Shown here piece by piece: positions 1 to 11,748 of a stretch of 64,000 bases of DNA. Origin of the DNA: Octopus sinensis (Eukaryota); NCBI RefSeq assembly GCF_006345805.1, contig NW_021835480.1, positions 1 to 64,000 of the forward strand, given 5' to 3'. The notes below the pieces were generated by a model. The model saw only the letters and a list, made by a program, of their open reading frames with translations, did not search any database and was not told where the DNA came from. Position 1 is the stretch's first letter. Every line of letters starts with the position of its first letter. The translations under genes were made by a program, and so were the position numbers.

Positions 1-759
1 GAAAAGTGTTACGCGCAGAGAACCAGTGGAACGCGAAACCGCTTTAACGCCGTTCAAAATTACCACAACAACAACAACAATTCTTTTGAATTTTTTACCG
101 AATTTTACGAGCGTAAAAAAAAACACGACCGAACTCAAACTGACGATCAGCTAACTGCTCAACATCAACGAAGCACATGGGTGAGTTTACATATATTATC
201 CGGATAAATGGCAACTTTTACGAATTGCATTTCGGGAGAGGAAAAAAGTTTTCCTTATTAAGTAGTTGTCCTTAATTGCTAAATTTTTATTCCGAAAAAA
301 CTTTTCCTCTCCCGAAATGCAATTCGTAAAAGTTTGCCATTTATCCGGATGTATATATATGTAAACTCACCATGTGCTTCGTTGATGTTGATCAGTTAGC
401 TGATCGTCTTAAGCGGGGCAGGGTCGTTGTTCATTTATAATACATTCAGGCCTGCTGATGAGTACGTAAGTATGAAATCACTGTGATACAGGTCTATATT
501 TTTTTAAATGTCTTACTTTGAAAAAATTGCATTCGGTGGGATTAGTAATATTTTGGTAGAAATGACTAATGTCCCTCTTAGCGTTTGGCATGTATGTATA
601 ATGCCTTCTGGCATGTATGTATAATGCCCTCTATATATAAATTAATATGTTCATAAGAAATAATTATTTTCGAAATTTTTTCTCTATGAGGTTTTTACGC
701 TATCTACCTGACAATTTCTTGTTAAGTTTTCCTTATTAAGTAGTTGTCCTTAATTGCTA
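1..759. mobile_element. Penelope-like pLTR or retrozyme-like repeat with inverted arm
   Basis: Inverted repeat 142-253 / 294-408; 35-bp direct repeat 247-281 / 725-759 (period 478); contains the hammerhead; no ORF. May extend past the window start. Confidence 0.55.
448..495 (+). ncRNA. Type I hammerhead ribozyme (minimal, palindromic stem III)
   Basis: AGGCCTG-CTGATGA-GTAC(GTAA)GTAT-GAAA-TCAC(T)GTGA-TA^CAGGTCT. Core CUGAUGA and GAAA are intact. Stem I is AGGCCTG/CAGGTCT with one G.U, stem II is closed by G.U, stem III is the palindrome ATCACTGTGAT. Predicted cleavage after A488. Confidence 0.85.
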
Positions 760-809
760 TATATATTATATAATATATATATATATATAGTATATATATC
801 TATATATAT

Positions 810-843
<34 letters not shown>

Positions 844-886
844 AACGTGTGTAGATATACATACACATAAATATATATATATACAT

Positions 887-1187
887 ATGGGTCAGTGGTT
901 AGGGCAGCGGACTCGCGGTCATAGGATTGCGGTTTCGATTCCCAGACTGGGCGTTGTGTGTGTTTATTGAGCGAAAAAAACACCTAAAAGCTCCACGAAG
1001 CTCCGGCAGGGGGTGGTGATCCCTGCTGTACTCTTTCACCACTCTTTCTCTCACTCTTGCTTCTGTTGGCCTGCTCGCTTAGTCAGCGGAGTGGCGTCAT
1101 TCGAAGGCTAAAACAATGCGAACGCATTGTGACCAGCGATGTGTAACAACATCTGATAGCCTGGTCGGTCACGGTGATCACGGTGAT
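887..1187 (+). mobile_element. tRNA(Arg)-like SINE, family A, with (CACGGTGAT)n tail
   Basis: Head GGTCAGTGGTTAGGGCAGCGGACTCGCGGTC...GGTTTCGATTCCC with A and B boxes and a TCG anticodon-like triplet; homologous heads at 27.8, 51.2, 51.7 and 63.1 kb. Confidence 0.8.
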
Positions 1188-1526
1188 ATATATATATATA
1201 TATATATATAACATTACTATTTTGTGTGTATTTCATTGATGAAGCAAAGCATTTTTTAAGCAAAATCAGAAATCCGGGATCTTGAATTATCCAATTTTTG
1301 CTACTTTAATTTCTCCCTTTGTCTCCTCTCCTGGTGCTGTATGAACATTTAATGTGGTTTTAAAGTCAAGTTTTGGCCGTTATATCTAGCATGGTTGTAT
1401 CTTTTAGACACCCTTAATTATAATTTTAATAATTATTACCTGTCAGGTTTTTATTCCGATGCTAGCCACTTGATACGATCGGTATTTTAAATAACGATCT
1501 TATCCTTATATACATATATATGTATA

Positions 1527-1589
<63 letters not shown>

Positions 1590-1693
1590 TGTATGTATGT
1601 ATGTATTATGTATGTATGTATGTATGTATGTGTGTATATATGTGATGTGAAAGCATAGGAATACATATATATTGCATATACGTCTGTGTATGG

Positions 1694-1735
<42 letters not shown>

Positions 1736-1831
1736 TATTTGTATATAGGTATAGATATATGTGTATGTGCTTACAAAATGGAATATATATATAGACAGAC
1801 AAACTGACAAATAGATACACACATATATAGG

Positions 1832-1883
<52 letters not shown>

Positions 1884-2580
1884 AGGATGGATGGATGGAT
1901 GGATGGATAGATAGATTAAATATATTTACATTCATGTGCGAGTATACGTATGTGTGTATGCATGTGTGTGTCTGTATATGAGGTCATATATTATATGCAT
2001 GTATAAATACGTTTATAAGTGTATGCGTATGTCTGTTCCCGCAATTTATCCTTACTGACGAGCCCCCTTCATATGAATATTGATGTCAGCAGCATCTTCA
2101 GACCTTACGCTGTGTGTTTGCACGGCTTCTTGCTGATTAACATTGGCGGTTAAAGGGTATGAAGAAACCATGTTGCTACGACTAAGGTCAAACCTTACGG
2201 AAAGCAATGAAACAGGAATATGGCTAATTTAAACAATTTAGAAGGAATATGTTCAGAAATGGTGAGTTCAAGCAATTTCAAGTTTGCTTAGTCATGGCAT
2301 TGCTTCATACATGCACTTTCTGTAAGTCTGTGTCAGCGTGTGTGTGTGTATATTCATGTACGCAAGTGTATACATGTGTATGTATATATCACATGTATTT
2401 TATATATAAGTATATATATAAAATACATGTATATATAGAATATGGAAGAAATATATGTATGATATTTATATATTATATAGGTATATTAAATGTAAATATC
2501 TATATATATAATGCATTTTATATGCATGTGTATATATTATATGATATATACATGCATATATATATATGTTTGTGTGTGTG

Positions 2581-2845
2581 AAGGCGTGGTTCAGTGATTA
2601 GAACATTCGGCTCACGCTCGAAGGTCGTAAGTTCGATTCTCAGCGTGGCTTTGTGTCCTTGAGCAAGACACTTTATTTTACGTTCCTCCTGTCCACTCAG
2701 TTGCCACATATGAGTAGTACCTGTATTTCAAAGGGCCAGCCTTGTCACACTCTGTGTCACGCTGAAACTCCCTCAGTACTACGTTAAGGGTACATGTATC
2801 TGTGGAGTGCTCAGCCACTTGCACGTTAATTTCACGAGCAATCTG
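2581..2845 (+). mobile_element. tRNA-derived CORE-type SINE
   Basis: tRNA-like head followed by the CORE-like motif TTGTGTCCTTGAGCAAGACACTT; 3' part is shared with the copy at 51830-51950. Confidence 0.7.
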
Positions 2846-2889
2846 GGACCCTAGGCTTCGCAACCGACCGAATGCTATATATAATATAT

Positions 2890-3130
2890 ACTCTTTTACT
2901 CTTTACTTATTTTACTCATGCGGCTATGCTGGAGCACCGCCTTTAGTCGAGAAAATCGACCCCAGGACTTATTCTTTGTAAGCCTAGTACTTATTCTATT
3001 GGTCTGTTTTGCCGAACCGCTAAGTTACGGGGACGTAACGCACCTGCATCGGTTGTCAAGCGATGTTGGGGGGATAAACATAGACACATAAACGTATACA
3101 CGCAGACAGACACAGACACACAAACACACA

Positions 3131-3171
<41 letters not shown>

Positions 3172-3360
3172 GTTGCTACATATATACATATATACGACGG
3201 GCTTCTGTCATTTTACCTCTACCAAATCCACTAACAAGGCTTTGGTCGGCCCGAAGATATAGTAGAAGGCAATCGCCCAAAGTGCCACGCAGTGGGACTG
3301 AACCCGGAACCATGTAGTTGGTACGCAAGATACTTACCACACAACCACTCCTACGCCTAT
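2890..3360 (-). mobile_element. SINE family B (tRNA-like head, CORE-like motif, internal microsatellite, (TAAAAGAG)n tail)
   Basis: Homologous to the full copies at 19085-19503 and 63432-63935. Confidence 0.85.
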
Positions 3361-3398
3361 ATATGTAATATGCTTATATATGTTCCTTTATATATACA

Positions 3399-3762
3399 CT
3401 ACCACTATGACCCGGCAACGCCGAGTCATAGTGCTAGTGCATGCATATACAGCTGCGTGCGTGCGCACATACACGCGAGTTCTGTCCAAATCTCCGACCA
3501 ATCACATACAGCTAGCTGGCATTCAATTGGCGTATCAAGTTTCGGGCATTTTGATTGGGTTTTGGATAGAAAATTCACAAAAAAGTCACTTCTATTGATT
3601 TTTTAATGGCTTTGCGGGGTGACTGGGGAAATGTAAAGATGTGCATGACCATGGTTGGACGGTTTTGAATGACCATAGAAAGTGCAAGCCCTCTAACTGA
3701 AAATTTGTGGATTTGTATAAAGGACACACAGACAGACATTTTGCCGTTTATATATAGCGAGA
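3399..3762 (-). mobile_element. Non-autonomous Helitron-like element with palindromic 3' end
   Basis: Minus-strand 5' end reads A|TCTCGCTATATATAAACGG. The other end is a 41-bp palindrome (3398-3438) with a CTAG-like terminus. No TIR or TSD. Confidence 0.55.
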
Positions 3763-4143
3763 TTATATATATAAGACATATAGTTATATGCTTGTATTAA
3801 TATGTATGTGTTTTTGAGTAGAATGGTATGACTATGCATATATATTTTACTGGGTGTAAGTGATTGAAGATATCTTGTGTATATTAATGTGTATCACATA
3901 AACGTTGTACCCACATGAACTCAGCATATAAGTCTAACATTTGATGATGATGATGATGATGATCGTGGTAGGTTTTTTTGTGTATGTGTGTATGTGTTGC
4001 TGTTGGCTAGTAATGATAATGGAGAAGATAACGATGATAGCGGAAAGTGTTATGATACAGTGAGGATGATGGTAGCATCCTTAAGGTTCTTAATGTTATG
4101 TAGTTTGAAGACGATGATTTGATGATGATACTGATAATGATGA

Positions 4144-4199
<56 letters not shown>

Positions 4200-4837
4200 G
4201 GTGACGGTAGTGGTGGTGCTGATAGTACTGGTGATGTGATAGTGGCAGTGGTTGTGGTGATGGAGAAGAAATAGGAGAGGAAAGAATAACATGAAAAGAA
4301 GAAGTATGACGTAGTAGTGATGGTGGTGGTGGTGGTGGTGGTGGTGTAGGAGAATGATGTGAAGGAGACGGAGGTGGCGATGGAGGAGAGGAAAGGCAAG
4401 ACGACAAAGACGCGCTTAATGATAGATATGAGTTTTATAATAGAATCTCTTGTATACGATGTATCAATATGAATTATTCACGGAGAAAAGAAACAATGCC
4501 CTGCCGTCCCTCCTATACTGATGAGGCTAACGTGGCAGAACATCTTTGATTCGATCTCAATACGAAAAATATGAAAGAAAAATAACGCGTCTGTTTTTTG
4601 CAAGCGCTCAAATCTAAGTTGGTACTGAATAACTCGACGTCTTGTTAGACTTATCCAATTAGAATTATACTAGAATACTACCAGTTTTTGTTCTCAATGA
4701 CTCTGGAGAAAAAGACAAAATGTACTCAAGTATGATATGGATTCAGCCGGGAAAATATTGTCGGAGAATCGTTTAGTTCTATGAAATTACAAATAATGTC
4801 TAATCTGAAAAAAAAGTAATAATAAATTAATGTAACA

Positions 4838-5220
4838 TTTACTCTTTTACTCTCTTTTACTTGTTTCAGTCATTTGACTGCGGCCATGCTGGAGCACCAC
4901 CTTTTAGTCGAGCAAATCGATCCCGGGACTTATTCTTTGAAAGCCCAGTACTTATTCTATCGATCTCTTTTGCCGAACCGCTAAGTGACGGGAACGTAAA
5001 CACACCAGCATCGGTTGTCAAGCAATGCTAGGGGGACAAACACAAACACACACATATATATATATATACATATATACGACAGGCTTCTTTCAGTTTCCGT
5101 CTACCAAATCCATTCACAAGGCATTGGTTGGCACTTGCCCAAGATGCCACGCAGTGGGACTGAACCCGGAACCATGTGGTTGGTTAGCAAGCTACTTACC
5201 ACACAGCCACTCCTGCGCCA
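4838..5220 (-). mobile_element. SINE family B copy with internal deletion
   Basis: Head CAGGAGTGGCTGTGTGGTAAGTAGC and TAAAAGAG tail on the minus strand. A second partial copy follows at about 5285-5540. Confidence 0.8.
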
Positions 5221-5708
5221 TTTGAATATAATGTTCTATGCATAGGTCTTCCTTGAATAGCTGGGTTGATATATATTGTTTTATTTGTTTATTTGTTTCA
5301 GCCATTTTGATTGCGGCCTACTGGAGCACCGCCTTTATTCGAGCAATTCGTCCCCAGGACTTATTCTTTGTAAGCCTAGTATTTATTTTATCGGTCCCTT
5401 TTGCCGAACCGCTAACTTATAGGGATAAATGCACCAGCATTGGTTGTCAAGCGATGGTGTTGCGGGGACAAACACAGACACACAAACATACACACACACA
5501 CATACACAAACATACACACACACGCACACACATACACACACACACACACAAGACGTTTGGGGCATAGTTCTTCGCCAGAAAGGAGAAAGAGAGAAATTGC
5601 AGGAAGGAAAAGAAATCGCCAAAAGCACGTATGTAGTTTTATTGAAATGACCAGTAGAAAGAGAGAGAGAAAGTGTTTTTTGGAGGATATGAGAGTGCAA
5701 AGATAACT

Positions 5709-5749
<41 letters not shown>

Positions 5750-5937
5750 TTCTAAAGCATATTAAACAACTTGAAGGTGTAACATAATATGCATCGGGTG
5801 CAACTTTTGAAACATGGGTAGTACATAACTACCAGTTCCAATATATGCATATATATATATATATATATATTGGTCATTTCATTATATTTTATTTATGTAT
5901 TAGTATTATTATCATTATTATTATTATTATTATTATT

Positions 5938-6504
5938 GAGTGAGAGAGCAGTGCATGCCATCAAAGTGACACTGGGGTAAAATATACGAAGCCCAATATA
6001 CCCATCATGACTACCCGTCTGATAAAGGTACACCAGGCACATGCATCACAACCATATGTGCGCGACATGGTGATCTCATATCAAGATAAACAGCACATGA
6101 CCTTGCAGGTGGGGCCCAGTTAGAATTTTCTTCAGGTTGAGTAGCCCATCCCGCTCAAAAGGTCCCTGAATAAGGGTTGTTTAAGGATGTTGAAAGAACC
6201 ACCCATGTTTCCAGAGGTGAATTATTCAAACCCAAGAGAATCCCTCTCAACACATGGCTTTGATGCTCCCCCACTACTTCTGCTCGTGATCAGAGATGCA
6301 CATATCGTCAGCCACTAAGGGAATGCTCAACTGGTTAAGGTCAAACAACAGACAAGCAAATCTGTGGTATTGAGCAGAATATTTGCTGTAGCCCATCTTT
6401 TATCCCAAGACAAAACAATGTACATGATAACACTTCCAATCAGTTAAGATCAGAAGCCATGAGAGCCACTGTCTGGTACTACATCAGGGCATTTACTGCA
6501 TCAG
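5938..6504 (-). mobile_element. ~560-bp non-autonomous retroposon with (AAT)n tail, copy 1
   Basis: Flanked by (ATT)n on both sides; near-identical to 6554-6958 and 6955-7345; no tRNA head or ORF seen. Confidence 0.7.
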
Positions 6505-6536
<32 letters not shown>

Positions 6537-6553
6537 CATCATTATTATTGATT

Positions 6554-7295
6554 GAGAGAGCAGTGCACGACATGGTGATCTCATATCAAGATAAACAGCA
6601 CATGACCTTGCAGGTGGGAGCCCAGTTAGAATTTTCTTCTGGTCGAGTAACCCATCTCGCCTAAAAGGTCCCTTAATAAGGGTTGTTTAAGGATGTTGAA
6701 CGAAACACCCACGTTTCCAGAGGTGACTTATTCAAACCCCAAAGAATCCCTCTCAACACATGGCTATGATGCTCCCCCACTACTTCTGCTCGTGATCAGA
6801 GATGCACATATCGTCAGCCACTAAGGGACATGCTCAACTGGTTAAGGTCAAACAACTGACAAGCAAATCTGTGGTATTGAGTAGAATATTTGCTGTAGCC
6901 CATCTTTTATACCAAATCAAAATAATGTACATGATAACACTTCCAATCAGTTAAGATCACGAGCAGAAGTAGTGGGGGAGCACATAGCCATGTGTTGAGA
7001 AGGATTCTTTAGGGTATGAATAATTCACCTCTGGAAACGTGTGTGTTTCGTTCAACATCCTTAAACGACCCTTATTCAGGGACCTTTTGAGTGGGATGGG
7101 TTACTCGACCAGAAGAAAATTCTAACTGGGCCCCACCTGCAAGGTCATGTGCTGTTTATCTTAATATGAGATCACCATATCACGCACATATGGTTGTGAT
7201 GCATGTGCCTAGTGTACCCTTATCAGACGGGTAGTCATGATGGTTATACTGGGCCCTGTATATTTTACCTCACTGTCACTTTGATGGCATGCACT

Positions 7296-7345
<50 letters not shown>
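6554..7345. mobile_element. Head-to-head fusion of two truncated copies of the (AAT)n-tailed element
   Basis: Minus copy 6554-6958 joins plus copy 6955-7345 at a shared GATC. The tails point outward: (ATT)n on the left, (CT)n(AAT)n on the right. Confidence 0.75.
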
Positions 7346-7348
<3 letters not shown>

Positions 7349-7858
7349 AATAATAATAATAAATAATTAAATAAGTAAATAAATAAATAAATGAAAATAG
7401 AATAATATGACCAACCCGAAATACAACAATATACAGGCGCACACGCACACACACACATTTATATACGTGTGTGTGTGTATGTGTGTGTGTGTGTGTGTGT
7501 GGTATGTATCGTTGATAAAATGTAATCTATATCTGCATGTTCGTAGTCAGTTTGTCTCTCTGTCTATGTATCTGTCTCTCCTTGTTATATTTCGTACTGT
7601 TTAGCACTACACTCGCTCATAAATACATACATACATACATACATACATACATACATACATACATAAATACATAAATACATACACGCATACATACATGCAT
7701 ACATCCTCCCACGCGCGGCCCGCAATCACACGCGCACACACTTCCTAATTACTTCCCGCTTTACCGTATTCGATATTCTCTTTTACGTGTTCATTCCCTA
7801 AATATATAATTCCTACGACCAGACACTAATCTCGAGCTTTGCTAATACCTACTATACT

Positions 7859-8277
7859 TATTTCTTTACTACCCACAAGGGGCTAAACACATAGAGGACA
7901 AACAAGGACAGACAAACGGATTAAGTCGATTATATCGAATCCAGTGCGTAACTGGTACTTATTTAATCGACCTCGAAAGGATGAAAGGCAAAGTCGACCT
8001 CGGCGGAATTTGAACGCAGAACGTAGCGGCAGACGAAATACCTATTTCTTTACTGTCCACAAGGGGCTAAACACAGAGGGGACGAACAAGGACAGACAAA
8101 CGGATTAAGTCGATTACATCAATCCCAATCCGTAACTGGTACTTATTTAATCGACCTCGAAAGGATGAAAGGCAAAGTCGACCTCGGCGGAATTCGAACT
8201 CAGAACGTAACGGCAGACAAAATACGGCTACGCATTTCGCCCGACGTGCTAACGTTTCTGCCAGCTCGCGCCGCCTT
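7859..8277 (-). mobile_element. SINE family C dimer
   Basis: Head GGCGGCGAGCTGGCAGAA, B-box GAGTTCAAATTCC and central GCCTTTCATCCTTTCGGGGTCGAT domain; two tandem bodies. Confidence 0.85.
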
Positions 8278-9260
8278 TTATACCTTACTATACTAGTTTT
8301 AGTAAAATATCGTAATTTCATCCTTTAGCTCTTTTATCCAGCGATTAATTTTCTGTCAGCGTTTATAAATATCGCGAAGACGACTTCAGTAAAAATATAT
8401 TCCATCTATATTTATAAAAAAAATGTGCTATATTACATAACAATTTCATTAGGCATTGTTTTAGTGCGTGGATTTTGTTTGAGGACAATATATAATATCA
8501 AACTCTTCAAATGCACCTGTTTTAAGCATTAACATGTTCACTTCATCTTTCTTATAAACATTGCGTAGTTTGTTGTCGATTTGTTTACTTGGCTTGCTTT
8601 CCCTTAATTTTTTCTTTTCCTTTTAGACGTCGTTGTTTTTAATTTGATATTTATTACTCTTGCTACTGTTGCTGTTGTTGCTGTTGTTGTTGGTGTTGTT
8701 TTATCCATGTTGATGCTGCTGTTGCTCTTTTCGATGTTGTTGTTGTTGTTTCCTCGAAGTTGAAACAAAAATGCATTAACATTTAATGAAATTCTGCATA
8801 AAATATATTGTATTCGTATTTTTATTTCGCCACATCTCTTTTTGAAACAATCTATATATATTCTTTTGTATTTGTGAAACATTTTTCTTTCTTCAGGCAT
8901 TTTGTATCTATTTCAGTATCGTTTCACCTTTATATATTTCTGTCATTCTTTCTCTCCGTTCCTGTCACTCGTTCGCTTTATGTGTATCTTTATCTCTATA
9001 TCTTTATATATTTCCCTTCTCTCTTTCACCCTTTTTCTCTAGTATTCTCCGATTTTTATTGCACCTGTAGCATTTTCATTTTAATCGCTTTATTTTGTTG
9101 ACTTTATATGACAATCTACAACTACAACTTTTCATAAATGAACGGTGTAGATAACTTATGTTCAAAGCAGTATCTGCACATAACTAAGTAGGGGAATACA
9201 CACACAAAACAAAAGACGCCAAGATTGGAACTTATTACAAGAGTAGCCTCTAGTCTATAG

Positions 9261-9700
9261 TTTTCAAATAAACAAATTACAGGCCAGTCCTGCCCAAAAA
9301 ATATTGCAACAGTTAAAAAATGTGGTCGACCAATTTGCGCTACATGTCCAAACCTAGAAGGATCAGAATTTCTTTTCAAAGAGGGACAAAAATTCAAACT
9401 CAAATCTGACTTTACTTGTGCTTCAGAAAACCTGAATTATATTATAAGATGCCCGGGCTGCCACCTAAACTACATAGGGTCCATGGGATTATCGCTCAGA
9501 CGCAGATGTACTCTGCACCGACAGCAGGTTGTATTCCCAGAATATAGAATGATACCCTTTAGTGAACATAGTGAGAAATGCGCAAAGCAACTACTACCAC
9601 AATTTTTAATCTTCCATTTTATCAATGTGACATTGGAACACCAACACAAGTTATATTAAATAAGGAAACCTTCTTCATTGAAAAATATAAGCCAAAACCA
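9261..9700 (+). pseudogene. Penelope-like element GIY-YIG endonuclease remnant
   Basis: The frame open from 9261 to 9659 reads KKCGRPICATC...DFTCASENLNYIIRCPGCHLNYIGSMGLSLRRRCTLHRQQ...FSEH. After a frameshift near 9614 it continues PFYQC...KETFFIEKYKP. The CxxC, YII-CxxC-YIG and R..H layout is typical of PLE GIY-YIG domains. Confidence 0.85.
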
Positions 9701-10148
9701 TTTCTAACATTTTTGAATAAGGGAACTCACCTCATTGAAAAAAAATATAAAGCAAAATCTGACCACTTGCAACATTCTATTCCTTCTAAACCAAGTCATG
9801 TTAAATTAAAAAGACCTAGTCATTCCCAACATTTTTGACTATCTCCCTTATACCAGAAAAAATCCTTGATTACCTTCCCCTTTCTGGAACTCCATATTTC
9901 ACAACATAGCGAAGACATGACACGATATAGGTAAAGAAATTTGAGAAATTTGAAAAGGAATTACGAAACCGGTTATTTATTCAAAATCAATGCTACTATA
10001 CGCAAAGTGTTATAAAAGTTTTTCTCACATAACGATTTAAATATATTCTTTAACCATATAACACAAGCCTTCTGTAGTTTTTCACTCTATTTTGTCTTTT
10101 ATTCATCCAACCACGTGCTTTCACATACCAACTCTGTCGCCTATACAT

Positions 10149-10245
<97 letters not shown>

Positions 10246-10423
10246 CATACATGCGTACGCATGTATGTAATACGATTCAACAAGAAGGCTTTCGCTAGCA
10301 GGAATATTAATGTCGATCAAATGCTTTCGCATTTCAAATATCAGGATTCTATTATTTTCTCCTTACCTGGTGCGAATCAGCCATAAGAATTGTACCTCAT
10401 CAAAATTGTGCTTTATTTCGTTA

Positions 10424-10470
<47 letters not shown>

Positions 10471-11147
10471 AACCACCTTTTCCAAAATAAACTGCAACGT
10501 ACACGCTATTGTTGCTGTAGAAGATTATTATAATTAAGATGGTGGTGGTGGGGGCGAATGTGGCGATTAGAAGGACGATGATAATGATGAGGATGTTTAA
10601 AACTTGTATATCTGACAAAGAGCCGCAGCCTGAAGTATCGGTAATTTTATCTGTTATCTTTTACTTGTTTCAGCAATGGATTTTAATCAAACGAATCGAC
10701 ACCAGTACTTATCTTTTTTTAAAACTTGTTACTTATTTTATCGGTAACTTACGGGGATGTAAACATATTAACACCGGTTGTCAAACTTTCGTAGGGGACA
10801 AACACAAGCACGATTTCTGTATTCGCACATCATTTATCATTTTAGTTACAGAGGGAATGGACTCCCATTATTTTTCTCGGCTTCGAAGGCTGGTGCGAGA
10901 GAAGAAGGGTGCAATTTATTCTGAAACCGAAGTCCTAGGTCAAAACCTTGCAACAGAGTGGACTCTGGTGGTGGGGGTAAAGTGAGTAATGGGTAAGTAT
11001 TGTTGTGGCTACCCACCTCCTAAAAAAAATGGGGAATAGGACTGTGTATATAAAAAAATACTCTCCTAAAATTCAGAACGCATGGGGCCGGAACAAATAC
11101 AGCAATTATTGCTAAAGAAGAACCATCGTCCAGTACTATATTTTGTC

Positions 11148-11748
11148 AAGGCGGCGAGCTCGCAGAATCGTTAGCACGCCGGGCGAAATGCTTAGCGGTA
11201 TTTCGTTTGCCGTTGCGTTCTGAGTTCAAATTCCACCGAGGTCGACTTTACCTTTCATCCTTTCGGGGTCGATAAATTAAGTACCAGTGTCGCACTGAGG
11301 TCGATGCAATCGACTTATTCCGTTTGTCTGTCCTTCTTTGTCCCCTCTATGTTTAGGCCCCTTGGGGGCAATAAAGAAATAGGTATTTCATCTGCCGCTA
11401 CATTCTGAGTTCGAATTCCGCCAAGGTCGACTTTGCCTTTCATCCTTTCGGGGTCGATTAAATAAGTACCTGTTACGCACTGGGGTTGATATAATCGACT
11501 TAATCTGTTTGTCTGTCCTTGTTTGTCCTCTCTGTGTTTAGCCCTTTGTGGATAGTAAAGAAATAGGTATTTCGTCTGCCGCTACGTTCTGAGCTCAAAT
11601 TTCGCCGAGGTCGACTTTGGTTTTCATTCTTTCGGGGTCGATTAAATAAGTACCAGTTATGCACTAGGGTCGATGTAATCGTCTTAATCCCTATGTCTGT
11701 CCTTGTTTGTCCCTTCTATGTTTAGCTCCTCGTGGGCAATAAAGAATT
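11148..11748 (+). mobile_element. SINE family C trimer
   Basis: One head plus three ~195-bp bodies joined at AAAGAAATAG|GTATTTC; TSD TATATTTTRTCAA at 11137-11149 and 11750-11762. Confidence 0.85.

Noticed and set aside
887-960. tRNA-Arg-like sequences at SINE A heads
   Set aside because: They have no complete acceptor stem and continue into SINE bodies, so they are not tRNA genes.
2055-2092. CTGACGAGCCCCC... motif
   Set aside because: No stem II pairing, no GAAA and no stem I.
4518-4555. CTGATGAGGCTAACGTGGCAGAAC hammerhead-like string
   Set aside because: The GAAA core and the 10.1-11.1 pair are broken and no stem I partner is present.
10851-10981. Possible exon between TTACAG and GTGAGT with an open frame
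   Set aside because: The peptide is unrecognisable, no neighbouring exons were found, and such splice-like pairs arise by chance.
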